Below are positions 8,132 through 18,512 of a stretch of 64,000 bases of DNA, piece by piece. How positions within the stretch are numbered: the stretch's first letter is position 1; each line of letters begins with the position of its first letter. The stretch is from positions 158,016-222,015 of the forward strand of contig JAYKHS010000003.1 of NCBI GenBank assembly GCA_035285865.1, given 5' to 3'. The notes under the pieces were generated by a model. The model was not told the DNA's origin. It did not search any database and saw nothing but the letters and a program-made list of their open reading frames with translations. Both the position numbers and the translations under genes were made by a program. Origin of the DNA: Candidatus Sericytochromatia bacterium (GTDB lineage: Bacteria > Cyanobacteriota > Sericytochromatia > S15B-MN24 > VGJW01).

Positions 8132-10099
8132 TCATCGACCTCCGGAGAGTACGGCCCAGGCCACGAGCACGACCAGGCCTGCCAGCATGGCCATCGCGTA
8201 ATGCCGGGCGAGGCCCGACTGGGCCACGGCAAGACCACGGCCCGCCATCGAAAGACCTCCGACCACGCCCTTGGCCATCCAGCCCAGCAGGAAGTCCAGG
8301 AACGGGGCAGCCGCACGGGACGAGAAGACAACCGGCCGGACCAGAGCGCGCTCCAGCGCCTCATCCACGAACCAGCCGCGCCGCATGGCCTGCCACACGC
8401 CGGCAAGCGGTGTCCAAGGTGACCCCGTCGGGGCGCCGGGACGGGCGTGCAGACTCCATCCCACGGCAGCACCCGTCGCCACCACGGCCACCGAGCCTGC
8501 CGTCAGGATGAGGTCCACGACAGGATTGGCATGTACGCCGTGCGCGAGACTGGGATAGAAGACAGGCTCCAGCCACGCACTGAACCAGAGCGTACCGCCC
8601 AACTCATGCGGCCACTCGAGAGCGCCTGCGGCCACGGCCCCGCAAGCCAGAAGCAGCAGAGGCACGGTCATCGTCCAGCCAGCCTCGTGGGCATGCTCGA
8701 CCAGATGCTTGTCACGCGCAGGACCCGCAAGAACAAGGGCCACCAGCCGGAACGAATAGAACGCCGTCATGCCGGCCGTCAGCAGGCCAACGGCCAGCCA
8801 CCACGGCTGATGAGCATGCCAGGCAGCGACGAGGATGGCATCCTTGCTGACGAATCCCGACAGCGGCGGGATGCCGGCGTTGGCTGCCGCGGCAATGACG
8901 AAGGCCGGTCCCGTGATGCGAAGTTTCGACCACAAGCCGCCCATGCGCCCCACTTCTTCCTCGCCGTTCAACGCATGAATCACGGCGCCAGCCGAGAGGA
9001 AGAACAGGGCCTTGAAGAACGCGTGGGTGAACAGGTGGTAGATACCGACGGAAAACGCACCCGCCCCCAGCCCCATGAACATGTAACCCAACTGCGAGAC
9101 GGTCGACCACGCGATGACACGCTTGATGTTGGTCTGCGTGCAGGCCACCGTGGCCGCCACCAGAGCCGTCAGGGCCCCCAGGCTGCCGATGAAGGCCAGA
9201 GCAGCAGGGGCGTGATGATAGAGCGGATGCATCCGGGCCACCATGTAGACGCCAGCCGTAACCATCGTCGCGGCATGGATCAGGGCCGAGACCGGCGTCG
9301 GGCCCGCCATGGCATCCGGCAGCCAGATGTGGAGGGGCACTTGCGCCGACTTGCCCATCGCCCCGATGAACAGCAAGACGGCGGCCAACGTCGCCAGGGG
9401 AACCGAGAGCTTGGTGACGTGGGCCGAGAGAAGATCAATGTCCAAGGAGGCTTGGCCACTGGGCACCATGCTCCAGTACAGCAGGAACATGCCGAGCAGC
9501 AGGCCGAGATCCCCGATACGGTTGACGACGAAAGCCTTGAGGCCGGCCGCCGCCTTGGCCGCATCGCTGAACCAATAGCCGATGAGCAGGTAGGAACAGA
9601 CGCCGACGCCTTCCCAGCCAAGGAACAGCACGACCAGGTCACGGGCCGTGACCAGGACCAGCATGGCGAACGTGAACAGATTCAGCCACGTGAAGAATCT
9701 CGGGAAACCCTGATCTCCCGCCATGTAGCCGACGGAATAGAGATGGATCAGCGTCCCGACCGTCGTCACGATCAGGACCATGACCAAGGACAGGGCGTCC
9801 ACCCGGAAAAGCCACGAGACGTGGGCCTGCCCCATCGTGAACCACGTCCCGAGATCCAGCTCCGTCAGGCGAAGCGACCGATCACGGCCGAGAAAATCTA
9901 TGGCCAGCGTCCAGGCCGCGAGCGTGGCGACCAAGGGTCCCGCGACGCCGATGCCGGCGACCGCGCGATCGATGGGGCGCAGGTGATGGCCCTCGACTGG
10001 GACAGTAACGCGTGCGGACCGCAGGGCCAACAGGCCGTTGAACACGGCAGCGGCAAGCGGTGCAAAAAGGATCCAGGCGAGCAGATGAACGTGGGACAC
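8132..10099 (-). CDS. nuoL: NADH-quinone oxidoreductase subunit L
   Basis: GWEGVGVCSYLLIG, KAFVVNRIGD, GKSAQVPLHIWLPDAMAGPTPVSALIHAATMVTAG. Confidence 0.96.
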   Translation of the reverse strand: MSHVHLLAWILFAPLAAAVFNGLLALRSARVTVPVEGHHLRPIDRAVAGIGVAGPLVATLAAWTLAIDFLGRDRSLRLTELDLGTWFTMGQAHVSWLFRVDALSLVMVLIVTTVGTLIHLYSVGYMAGDQGFPRFFTWLNLFTFAMLVLVTARDLVVLFLGWEGVGVCSYLLIGYWFSDAAKAAAGLKAFVVNRIGDLGLLLGMFLLYWSMVPSGQASLDIDLLSAHVTKLSVPLATLAAVLLFIGAMGKSAQVPLHIWLPDAMAGPTPVSALIHAATMVTAGVYMVARMHPLYHHAPAALAFIGSLGALTALVAATVACTQTNIKRVIAWSTVSQLGYMFMGLGAGAFSVGIYHLFTHAFFKALFFLSAGAVIHALNGEEEVGRMGGLWSKLRITGPAFVIAAAANAGIPPLSGFVSKDAILVAAWHAHQPWWLAVGLLTAGMTAFYSFRLVALVLAGPARDKHLVEHAHEAGWTMTVPLLLLACGAVAAGALEWPHELGGTLWFSAWLEPVFYPSLAHGVHANPVVDLILTAGSVAVVATGAAVGWSLHARPGAPTGSPWTPLAGVWQAMRRGWFVDEALERALVRPVVFSSRAAAPFLDFLLGWMAKGVVGGLSMAGRGLAVAQSGLARHYAMAMLAGLVVLVAWAVLSGGR

Positions 10100-10106
10100 G
10101 CCTGGG

Positions 10107-10406
10107 TCACTCCTTCATCGAGGCAAAGACGTCGACATCCAGTGTCTCCCTGTGGCGGAAGAGCATGATGACGATGGCCAGAGCAACGGCTGCCTCGGCT
10201 GCCGCAAGGGCCACCACGAGCAGAACCGTGACATGACCCTCGAGGGCCAACCACTGGCGGCTGAAAGTCACGAAGACCAGGTTGACGGAGTTGAGCATCA
10301 GTTCGATGCACATCAACAGCGCGAATACGTTGCGGCGTGCGACGAAGCCCCCGACACCGATCGAGAAGAGAGCCGCAGCCACAAGCAGAGGAGCGTGCAG
10401 TGCCAT
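10107..10406 (-). CDS. nuoK: NADH-quinone oxidoreductase subunit K
   Basis: RRN, IELMLNSVNL, AAAEAAVALA. Confidence 0.95.
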   Translation of the reverse strand: MALHAPLLVAAALFSIGVGGFVARRNVFALLMCIELMLNSVNLVFVTFSRQWLALEGHVTVLLVVALAAAEAAVALAIVIMLFRHRETLDVDVFASMKE

Positions 10407-10909
10407 CAGTCAAGCCTCCGCTTCGCCATCCCCACGGCGGACACGACCGCGACCGTCAGCAGCAGCGACACGACCTCGAAGGGAACGGCGTAATCCCGGA
10501 AGAGGGCCCGGCCGACCGCAACGATGCCCCCGAATCCGGGCGGTGGTGGCGCGAACGGATCCGCAGGAATGGCATGGATGCCGGCAGCAAGACCCATGAA
10601 GAGCAGTCCCGCAACCGTCAGGCCCATGCCCAGCCGCCCCCCGAGCCCGTCCTCATGAGCGAGGTCCTCGTGGCGGACGTTGAGCAGCATGATGACGAAG
10701 ACAATCAGGGCGAGAATGGCCCCACCGTATACCAGGATCTGCAGGATGGCGACCAGTGGCGCGGCAAGCAGGGCATACAGCCCGGCAATCGCGATCATCA
10801 CGACGATGAGCGCCAGCGCGGAACCGAGGGGATGGCGACGCGTGACCATGGCCAACGCGCCAACGACGGCTACGGCAGAAAGGACAACAAGAAGAATGGC
10901 ATCGAGCAT
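10406..10909 (-). CDS. nuoJ: NADH-quinone oxidoreductase subunit J
   Basis: QILVYGGAILALIVFVIMLL, YAVPFEVVSLLL; start trimmed to MLDAILL. Confidence 0.92.
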   Translation of the reverse strand: MLDAILLVVLSAVAVVGALAMVTRRHPLGSALALIVVMIAIAGLYALLAAPLVAILQILVYGGAILALIVFVIMLLNVRHEDLAHEDGLGGRLGMGLTVAGLLFMGLAAGIHAIPADPFAPPPPGFGGIVAVGRALFRDYAVPFEVVSLLLTVAVVSAVGMAKRRLD

Positions 10910-10925
10910 GGTCGGTCCGTTCAGG

Positions 10926-11420
10926 TTACACCGGATCGGACCACTGCGAAGGCGTCCGCAGCAGCTCGTCCTTGTGAACGACGAAGTCGTCCCGCTGGAA
11001 GTCGGCAAAGGCGTAGATGCCCGAATCCATCCGAATGGCATCCACAGGGCAGGCTTCGACGCACATGCCGCAGAAGACGCACTTGAGCAGATCGATGTCG
11101 AAGGTAACCGGGAACTTCTCGACCTTGGGGTCGGGATGCTCGCCCGCCTCGATTTGGATGCAAGCCGCCGGACAAACGGTCGCACACATCATGCAGGCGG
11201 TGCACTTCGGTTCGCCCGACTCCTTCTGCAGCAGGCGATGCTTGCCTCGATAGCCCTCAGGCATCTCTTTCCGGACCTCGGGATACTCCTTGGTCTGCAC
11301 GGGCTCGCCCCCGAAAAGATGCCGGACGGTGTGGCCGACCGTCACGCCCAGTCCCTTGGCGACGTGCCAGAGATAGGTGGACTCGATGCCAACGCCGGGC
11401 TTCACGCGCTCGACCTTCAT
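10926..11420 (-). CDS. nuoI: NADH-quinone oxidoreductase subunit I
   Basis: Two 4Fe-4S motifs CTACMMCATVCP and CVFCGMCVEACP. Confidence 0.95.
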   Translation of the reverse strand: MKVERVKPGVGIESTYLWHVAKGLGVTVGHTVRHLFGGEPVQTKEYPEVRKEMPEGYRGKHRLLQKESGEPKCTACMMCATVCPAACIQIEAGEHPDPKVEKFPVTFDIDLLKCVFCGMCVEACPVDAIRMDSGIYAFADFQRDDFVVHKDELLRTPSQWSDPV

Positions 11421-12853
11421 GCGGTGGGTTCCTCCCGGACGACGAGGCGCTGCGTCGCGGGCATTCTGGCCTGCGCCGGCAGCAGATAACGCTTCCAGAG
11501 CCACATCAGCAGCAGGGTGACTACCGGCGTGGCGGGCAGAACCTGGCGCCCCCAGGGCTGCAGCATGACCAGGCCGGTCAGCAACAGGTTGAAGAGCGAC
11601 AAGGGCAGCAGGTTCTTCCAGCCAAGATCCATCACCTGGTCGTAGCGGAAACGCGGCATGGTCCAACGCACCCAGACGAAGCACCAGCACAGGAACAGCA
11701 GCTTGCCGGTAAATACTGAAATCTGCACCAATGCCGCGAAGACCGGCGGAAGCCAGCCGGGCAAGACCGCACCCCACGCTGCACCGGCAGCCCCGGCGTG
11801 GGCAAGGGCCAGCACCGAGAAGAGCGCGACGAAAACCAGTGGCTCCTTGTCCCGGGCATCTCCCCAACGGCCACGGGTGTACAGCTGGTAATGCCGGATC
11901 AGGCGACCGGCGGCCGCCAGCAGCAGAAAGGCAATGCCCCCCAGCACCACGGGAAGCAGGGTGCCTGCCTCGGCCACGAGGCGCTCGGTCGGCAACCACG
12001 GGACCTGCCAACCACCGAGGAACATCGTCACGACCAGGGCACCCGACGTCACCAGCGCCATGTACTCGGCCATGAAGAAGAGGCCGAACCGCATGCCGGA
12101 ATATTCCGTGTGGTAGCCCGCAACCAACTCCGCTTCACCCTCGGCCAGGTCGAACGGCACGCGGTTGATCTCGGCGAAGGCGCAAGTCACGAAGAGAATG
12201 AAGCCCAGCGGTTGCAGGAAGATGCCCCACTGCGGCAAGAAACCCCACAGCAGCTCGCCTTGGGCCCGAACCATCTCATTGGGTTGGACGGTGCCGTAGG
12301 TGAGCATCATCGCGACGACGGCCAGAGCCATCGGAATCTCGTAGCTGAGCAGCTGCGCCGTACTGCGGATGCCACCCAGCAAGCTGAACTTGCTGTTCGA
12401 AGCCCAGCCAGCGAAGACCACCCCGTAGACGGACAAGGAAGTCATCGCGAAGAACCAGAGCAGTCCACCGTCGATCTCGAGCGTGGCCATCGGCGTGGCG
12501 AACGTGTCCGTCAATCGGACGACATCGGCGATGGGCACGATCATGAACGTGGTTAGCGGGATGAAGGCGACGATGATCGGGGCCAGCTTGAAATAGAACC
12601 GGTTGACGCCCCCCGGGATGATGTCCTCCTTCGAGACCAACTTGATGACATCCGCAAGGACGTGGGCCACGCCTCCGAGTCGAAACATGCCGAACAGGGC
12701 CGCACGATTGGGACCAGGCCGGTCCTGGATGAACGCCGAACCCTTGCGTTCAAGATAGATGGTCAACGGCATCACCGTCAGCAGGATGCCCGCCGACAGG
12801 ACCAGCCGCAGCAGAACCGCGAGATAGTCGGCCGAAGCCAGCAGCCAGCTCAC
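11417..12853 (-). CDS. nuoH: NADH-quinone oxidoreductase subunit H (long form)
   Basis: ERKGSAFIQDRPGPNR, AQLLSYE, NRVPFDLAEGEAELVAGYHTEYSG, WVRWTMPRFRYDQ. Confidence 0.95.
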   Translation of the reverse strand: MSWLLASADYLAVLLRLVLSAGILLTVMPLTIYLERKGSAFIQDRPGPNRAALFGMFRLGGVAHVLADVIKLVSKEDIIPGGVNRFYFKLAPIIVAFIPLTTFMIVPIADVVRLTDTFATPMATLEIDGGLLWFFAMTSLSVYGVVFAGWASNSKFSLLGGIRSTAQLLSYEIPMALAVVAMMLTYGTVQPNEMVRAQGELLWGFLPQWGIFLQPLGFILFVTCAFAEINRVPFDLAEGEAELVAGYHTEYSGMRFGLFFMAEYMALVTSGALVVTMFLGGWQVPWLPTERLVAEAGTLLPVVLGGIAFLLLAAAGRLIRHYQLYTRGRWGDARDKEPLVFVALFSVLALAHAGAAGAAWGAVLPGWLPPVFAALVQISVFTGKLLFLCWCFVWVRWTMPRFRYDQVMDLGWKNLLPLSLFNLLLTGLVMLQPWGRQVLPATPVVTLLLMWLWKRYLLPAQARMPATQRLVVREEPTA

Positions 12854-14322
12854 GCCGTCACCCCCAATTCCGCATCGAGGCGCTTCCAGACCCCGTCCCG
12901 GTCGAAGGGCAGCGAATGGCCCATGCCGGCAGCCTGAAGGGCCAGCAGCGCACTCGCGGGCAGAGCGTCACCAGCCGGCTCGAAAGCCGGTTCGACATGC
13001 TGGACAATGCCGTCCACGTTGGCATAGGCAGCGTGCCGTTCGGCGTGCATCGCAACCGGCAGGACAACGGCCGCCCCGTCCGGGATGGCCGCGGCGTGTG
13101 TCACGAGCGCGGCCGTCCGGGCGTGCGCGATGCCGGCCGGAAGCGTCACGGAGACAGTCACCAGAGCCGAGAGAGCGGGCAGGGCTTCGCGGAAGGAGGT
13201 CTCATCAGTCTCCAGACCGATCATCGAGAAGCCGCGACGATTGGGTGTCAGGTCGGCCTTCATGAGGAAATCGTCTTCCTTGCCCGGCTCGGTCCAGTCC
13301 AACCCCCAGGCGCGGCCACCGATCGATGCGGCCAACCACTTGACGACCGCCATGTCCTCCAGGGAGGCTTGAGCCCCGACGACGAAACCGACCTTGCCCG
13401 TCCCCAGCAGCTGGCGCAGCTCCTGAGTGGCCTTGGCGAACGGAACCTGCTGGCCACCAATCGCCGCCTCGCGCTGCCGACCCTCATGGATGGCCTTGTA
13501 GGTAAAGCGACCGCGATCGCACATCCACCAGCGGTTCACGTCCGGATTGGCGCGCGGCCGATAGCGATAGGCCTTGCCGCCATCATGGTCAAGGTGCACG
13601 TTGCAGCCACGCGAGCAGCCCGTACAGATGGACGACGCGGTTTTCAGGAACCAGACGCGTTTCTTGAAGCGGAAATCCCGGCTCGTGAGGGCACCGACAG
13701 GGCAGAGATCCACCACATTCGTGGCGTAGTCGTTGTCGAGCTGGGTGCCCGGGAAGACTTCGATGCGGCTCTTGTCGCCGCGACCAGCGATGACCAGCTC
13801 GTGGGTGCGCGTCACCTCACGGGTGAAACGCACGCAACGGGAGCAGAGGATGCACCGCTCCTGATCGAGGATGACATTCGGCCCGATCGGCTGCGCCTTC
13901 AGCTTCTCGACCTTGGGGACCACGGATCGATGGTCGTGCTTGCCATGCTCCATGTAGTAGTCCTGCAGGCCACACTCGCCAGCCTGGTCGCAGACCGGAC
14001 AGTCGATGGGATGGTTGAGCAGCAGGAACTCCATGACCCCCTGCCGCATCTGCCGGACGGCGTCGGTCTCGGTCTTCACGACCGCCGCCGGAACCTCCTC
14101 GCCCTCCTTGTTGCGGGTGGTGCGCAGAATGGTGTTGCAGGCAATCTGGGGCCCTCTGGCCCCTTCGACTTCGACGAGGCACATCCGGCAGTTGCCGTCG
14201 ATAGGCAGGCCGGGATGGTAGCAGTAGTGGGGGATGTCCACTCCGGCCGAGGCCGCGGCCTCGACGACGTTGGTGCCATCGGGCACTTCGAGGGTCTGGC
14301 CGTTGATCGTGACAAGCGCCAT
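12850..14322 (-). CDS. nuoG: NADH-quinone oxidoreductase subunit G (short form)
   Basis: IPHYCYHP, GNCRMCLVE, NHPIDCPVCDQAGECGLQD, CILCSRC, CPVGAL, CTGCSRGC. Confidence 0.93.
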   Translation of the reverse strand: MALVTINGQTLEVPDGTNVVEAAASAGVDIPHYCYHPGLPIDGNCRMCLVEVEGARGPQIACNTILRTTRNKEGEEVPAAVVKTETDAVRQMRQGVMEFLLLNHPIDCPVCDQAGECGLQDYYMEHGKHDHRSVVPKVEKLKAQPIGPNVILDQERCILCSRCVRFTREVTRTHELVIAGRGDKSRIEVFPGTQLDNDYATNVVDLCPVGALTSRDFRFKKRVWFLKTASSICTGCSRGCNVHLDHDGGKAYRYRPRANPDVNRWWMCDRGRFTYKAIHEGRQREAAIGGQQVPFAKATQELRQLLGTGKVGFVVGAQASLEDMAVVKWLAASIGGRAWGLDWTEPGKEDDFLMKADLTPNRRGFSMIGLETDETSFREALPALSALVTVSVTLPAGIAHARTAALVTHAAAIPDGAAVVLPVAMHAERHAAYANVDGIVQHVEPAFEPAGDALPASALLALQAAGMGHSLPFDRDGVWKRLDAELGVTA

Positions 14323-15623
14323 CAATGGACTCCGACGGCCTGCGCGGCCGAAACCTTGGCCTCGAACTCAGGCAAGAATTTGGTGAGGTAGCTGATGGTG
14401 GGCATCGTGGCTGCTGCGGCCAACGGGCAGACCGTCCGGCCCTCCATGTTGGTGCAGAGATCGCGGATGGTCTGCAGATCCTCGGGACGCCCCTTGCCAT
14501 CCCTGATCCGAACCAGGATCTGGTAGAGCCAGTCGGTGCCTTCCCGGCAGGGCGAACACTGGCCGCAAGACTCGTGCGCGTAGAAACGCAGCAGTACCGT
14601 GAGCAGGGAAACCATGCACGTCTGGTCGTCGATGACCATCAGGCCACCCGACCCGAACATGGTCTTCAGGCGGGCACAATCCTCATAGGTCAGAACGGCC
14701 CCCATGGCCTCGTCGGCCGTGATGACGGGCGTACTCGATCCGCCGGGGATGATGGCCTTGAGCTTTCGCCCCTTCCAGACGCCCCCGCCGTACTCCTCGA
14801 TGAGTTCGCGGAAGCTGATGCCCAGCGGCACCTCATAGACGCCCGGCCGTGCGACATGGCCCGACAGGCACATCAGGCGCGTGCCGCGAGAGTCGACCTT
14901 GGGGGGCTTGCCATCATCACCGGCCTCGAATACCCCGATCTGGCTGTAAGCCGCCCCGCCGTGATTGACGATCCAGGGAATGGTGGCGATGGTTTCAACG
15001 TTGTTGACGCACGTGGGACAATCCCAAGCCCCGTTGGTGGCCGGGAACGGCGGCTTCAGACGCGGATAGCCGCGCCGGCCCTCGAGGGAGTTGATAAGGG
15101 CCGTTTCCTCGCCACAGATGTAGGCACCGGCGCCCCGATGGATGACGATCTCCACGCCCTCGCCGGTCCCGAAGAGATTCGGTCCGACGAATCCGGCCTC
15201 CTCGGCTTCGCGCAGGGCCTCCTCGAGTACCTTGGTCTGAGTCGCGAACTCGCCACGAATGTAGATATAGGCCCGCTTGGCACCGATCGCTCGGGCACCG
15301 ATGACGACGCCTTCGAGCACGGCGTGAGGATTGCGCTCGATGAGCAGGCGGTCCTTGAAAGTTCCCGGCTCGGATTCGTCAGCGTTGATGACCAGATACT
15401 TGGGCTTGGGGCTGTTGGTCGGGATGAAACCCCACTTCATGCCGGTCGGGAAACCTGCGCCACCGCGACCGCGAAGACCACTGGCCCGCACCTCGGCGAT
15501 GATGTCCGCAGGGGTCATCGAGGTCCAGGCCTTGCGGGCCGCCTCATAACCGCCCACCGAACGATAGTGCGTCAGGCGATGGCTGTCGGGGTGATCGACG
15601 TGCGCCGTCAGGACCTTGGTCAT
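14322..15623 (-). CDS. nuoF: NADH-quinone oxidoreductase subunit F
   Basis: GLRGRGGAGFPTGMKW, NADESEPGTFKDR, GAGAYICGEETAL, HESCGQCSPCREG. Confidence 0.97.
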   Translation of the reverse strand: MTKVLTAHVDHPDSHRLTHYRSVGGYEAARKAWTSMTPADIIAEVRASGLRGRGGAGFPTGMKWGFIPTNSPKPKYLVINADESEPGTFKDRLLIERNPHAVLEGVVIGARAIGAKRAYIYIRGEFATQTKVLEEALREAEEAGFVGPNLFGTGEGVEIVIHRGAGAYICGEETALINSLEGRRGYPRLKPPFPATNGAWDCPTCVNNVETIATIPWIVNHGGAAYSQIGVFEAGDDGKPPKVDSRGTRLMCLSGHVARPGVYEVPLGISFRELIEEYGGGVWKGRKLKAIIPGGSSTPVITADEAMGAVLTYEDCARLKTMFGSGGLMVIDDQTCMVSLLTVLLRFYAHESCGQCSPCREGTDWLYQILVRIRDGKGRPEDLQTIRDLCTNMEGRTVCPLAAAATMPTISYLTKFLPEFEAKVSAAQAVGVH

Positions 15624-16177
15624 GCCGTCGCCTCCCTCAGGCCGTCGATGAGCGCATCCAGCTTTTCTTCCGTCAGGTGCTCATGGAAGGCGCCATTGTC
15701 GAGCTGAAGCATCGGCGCATAGCCGCACGCGGCCAGGCACTCGGCTCGGCGCACCGTGAAGCGGCCGTCCGCCGAGGTTCCTCCCGAAGCCGGATCGACG
15801 CCGACCCGGGCACAGAGGCGCTGGTAGATCTCTTCGCCACCCACGAGGCAGCAGGCGACGCTGGTGCAGACCTCGACCAGGTGCTTGCCGACCGGCTGGG
15901 TGAAATACATCGTGTAGAAGGTCGCCACGCCCCAGACATAGGCAGGAGCCAGGCCAAGCGCATCGGCCACGGCCTTGATGACGTCAGCCGTCAGTTGTCG
16001 GGGGCGGGTCGGATCGGCATCCACCTGCTCCTGCGCCACCCACAGCACGGGCAGGAGGGCCGCCTGCTGCTGGGGATAGCGGGTCAGCAACTTGCGGATC
16101 CGGGTCCAGCTGGCATCACTGAACGCGAAGGGAACCGGGGCCGAAGGCGGCCCGAAGGTCGTCGCGGCTTCCGTCAT
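15620..16177 (-). CDS. nuoE: NADH-quinone oxidoreductase subunit E
   Basis: VATFYTMY, VCTSVAC, ECLAACGYAP. Confidence 0.94.
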   Translation of the reverse strand: MTEAATTFGPPSAPVPFAFSDASWTRIRKLLTRYPQQQAALLPVLWVAQEQVDADPTRPRQLTADVIKAVADALGLAPAYVWGVATFYTMYFTQPVGKHLVEVCTSVACCLVGGEEIYQRLCARVGVDPASGGTSADGRFTVRRAECLAACGYAPMLQLDNGAFHEHLTEEKLDALIDGLREATA

Positions 16178-18021
16178 CGATCAAGCTCTCCCGCGATGAT
16201 GTTGATGCTGCCCAGACTTGCGATGGCATCCGCCACCATGTGGCCCTCGATCATGTCCGGGAAGGCAGCGAAGGACATGAAGGATGGCGGCCGGCAACGA
16301 TTGCGGTACGGCCGCCCGCTGCCATCAGACACGATGTAGAAGCCCAGTTCGCCGTTGGCTCCTTCGCTGGCATCGTAGATCTCGCCCGCCGGCACCCTGA
16401 CACCCTCGAAAACGAGCTTGAAATGGTTCATCAGGCCTTCGATGTTATTGTAGGTGTCGTCCTTGGAGGGCAAGGAAACGCCCTTTGCCTCAACCATGAC
16501 AGCCCCCTCGGGAAGGCGGGAGAGAGCCTGGCGGATGATCCGGGCCGACTGGCCGATCTCGCCGAATCGGACGAAGATCCGATCATAGGTGTCGCCGACA
16601 GTGCCGGTGACGGTCTCGAAGTCGTAGGTCTCGTAGCCGTCGTAGGGCTCCGCCTTGCGCAGGTCGTAGTCCACGCCGGAAGCCCTGAGGTTGGGGCCGG
16701 TCCAGCCATAGGAAAGCGCCATCGCGGCAGGAACCACGCAGATGTCCTGCACCCGCTCGAGGAAGATCCGGTTGCGCTTGACCAGAGTCTCGACCTCGAC
16801 CACGGCAGCCTCTATCTCGGACAGAACGGCCAGAATGTCGGCGCCACAACCGTCGTAGAAGTCACGTGCAAGGCCACCGACACGCCCGTAGCTGTTGGTG
16901 AGGCGCGCACCTGTCAGCTTGTCGAAGATCGTGTAGACCTTCTCGCGAACATTGAAGAAGTACCAGAAGTTGGTCAGTGCCCCGAGGTCGACCAGATTGG
17001 TGCCGATGCAGACCAGGTGATCGATGATCCGCGACAGTTCGCCCACGATGACCCGAATGGCCTGGGCGCGCGGTGTGATCGTGAGACCAAGCGCTTTCTC
17101 GACGGCCTTGCAGAAGGCAAAGTTGTTGAGCATCGCCGAGCAGTAGTTGAGGCGGTCCGTGTAGGGCACGCAAGCGTTGTAGGTCTGGGTCTCGGTGCTC
17201 TTCTCGAAGCCCCGGTGCAGGTAGCCGATTTCGGCGACGGCAGCCACGATGGTCTCGCCATCAAGGGCGACGAACGTGCGCAGGGTCCCGTGAGATGCCG
17301 GGTGAGAGGGCCCCAGGTTCACGAACATCAACTCGGCGTGAAGGTCCGCCCCTTCAGGCAGGCGCCCACCGCCAGCAACGGGCTTGGCCGCGACGGCGAG
17401 CGAGCCGCCATGGGCTCCTCGCGAAGGCGCTCCAGGCGCCGCCTCAACGCCATGGTCGGAACCCCGGATACCCGCAAGCAGGTCCCGCTCCACCTCGGGC
17501 AGCACATAGCCGCGGGCGCGCAGCCGCAGCGCCATCTCGTCGACCAGCGCGTCGTTCTCGGACAGCGGCTGGCGCGCCCGAATCGGGTAGTCCTTGCGCA
17601 GAGGATGCCCCACGAACTCGTGGTGATTGAGGATCCGCTTGAGGTTGGGGTGGCCCTCGAAGACGATGCCGTACTGGTCCCAGGCCTCACGTTCGAGCCA
17701 ATCGGCACCTTTCCAGCGGGCACTCAGACTGGGCACCTTGAGGTCGTCCCCGACATGACAGGTCACGCGCACGCGGCGCCCCGTCGCCATGTCCCTCAGG
17801 TGATAGACCACAGCAAACCGGGACGGCTGCGCCTTGGGAAACTGCAGATAATCCACGCCCGCGAGGTCCGTCAGGAAGCCGAAGCCATCCTCGACGAGCC
17901 ACGACACGACATCCGGAAGGTCCTTCGGGAATACGGAAACCGCGGGCATGTCGACCGCCGTGCGTGACGCGACCAGACGATCCCCGAAGCGGTCCGCGAT
18001 CCGTTCCAGCAAGTCGCTCAC
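16174..18021 (-). CDS. nuoCD: Fused NADH-quinone oxidoreductase subunit C/D
   Basis: NuoC motifs WLEREAWDQYGIVFEGHP and GHPLRKDYP fused to NuoD motifs NLGPSHPASHG, IGYLHRG, TDRLNY, GELDR; GTG start overlaps the nuoB stop. Confidence 0.94.
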   Translation of the reverse strand: MSDLLERIADRFGDRLVASRTAVDMPAVSVFPKDLPDVVSWLVEDGFGFLTDLAGVDYLQFPKAQPSRFAVVYHLRDMATGRRVRVTCHVGDDLKVPSLSARWKGADWLEREAWDQYGIVFEGHPNLKRILNHHEFVGHPLRKDYPIRARQPLSENDALVDEMALRLRARGYVLPEVERDLLAGIRGSDHGVEAAPGAPSRGAHGGSLAVAAKPVAGGGRLPEGADLHAELMFVNLGPSHPASHGTLRTFVALDGETIVAAVAEIGYLHRGFEKSTETQTYNACVPYTDRLNYCSAMLNNFAFCKAVEKALGLTITPRAQAIRVIVGELSRIIDHLVCIGTNLVDLGALTNFWYFFNVREKVYTIFDKLTGARLTNSYGRVGGLARDFYDGCGADILAVLSEIEAAVVEVETLVKRNRIFLERVQDICVVPAAMALSYGWTGPNLRASGVDYDLRKAEPYDGYETYDFETVTGTVGDTYDRIFVRFGEIGQSARIIRQALSRLPEGAVMVEAKGVSLPSKDDTYNNIEGLMNHFKLVFEGVRVPAGEIYDASEGANGELGFYIVSDGSGRPYRNRCRPPSFMSFAAFPDMIEGHMVADAIASLGSINIIAGELDR

Positions 18022-18512
18022 GCGGCGTCCTCCGGCTGGGTCAGCACGCTCTGACGCGCGATGCGCTGCTCCTGCAACTTGATGATGGCCTCCATCAGCC
18101 CTTCCGGACGCGGAGGACAGCCCGCCACGTAGATATCCACCGGAATGATGTCGTCGATGCCCTGAACCGTGCAGTAGTTGTCGTAGAACCCGCCCGACGA
18201 GGCACAGACCCCCATGCTCAGGACCCACTTGGGCTCGGGCATCTGATCGTAGACCCGCTTCAGAATGGGCGCCTGCTTGTAGCTGATGGTGCCCATGACC
18301 ATCAGAAGATCGCTCTGACGCGGACTGAAACGGACGATCTCGGCACCGAAGCGCGAGATGTCGTACTCGGAAGAGACCAGCCCCATGAACTCGATGGCAC
18401 AGCAAGCCGTGCCGAAGGGCATCGGCATGAGGCTGTGCTCACGCCCCCAATTCAGGACCGAGTCAATCGTCGTGGTGATCCAGGAATCGCCGAAAGCGGA
18501 CTCTACTCCCAC
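18018..18512 (-). CDS. nuoB: NADH-quinone oxidoreductase subunit B
   Basis: GTACCAIE, SPRQSD, YDQMPEPKWV, GCPPRPE. Confidence 0.96.
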   Translation of the reverse strand: MGVESAFGDSWITTTIDSVLNWGREHSLMPMPFGTACCAIEFMGLVSSEYDISRFGAEIVRFSPRQSDLLMVMGTISYKQAPILKRVYDQMPEPKWVLSMGVCASSGGFYDNYCTVQGIDDIIPVDIYVAGCPPRPEGLMEAIIKLQEQRIARQSVLTQPEDAA

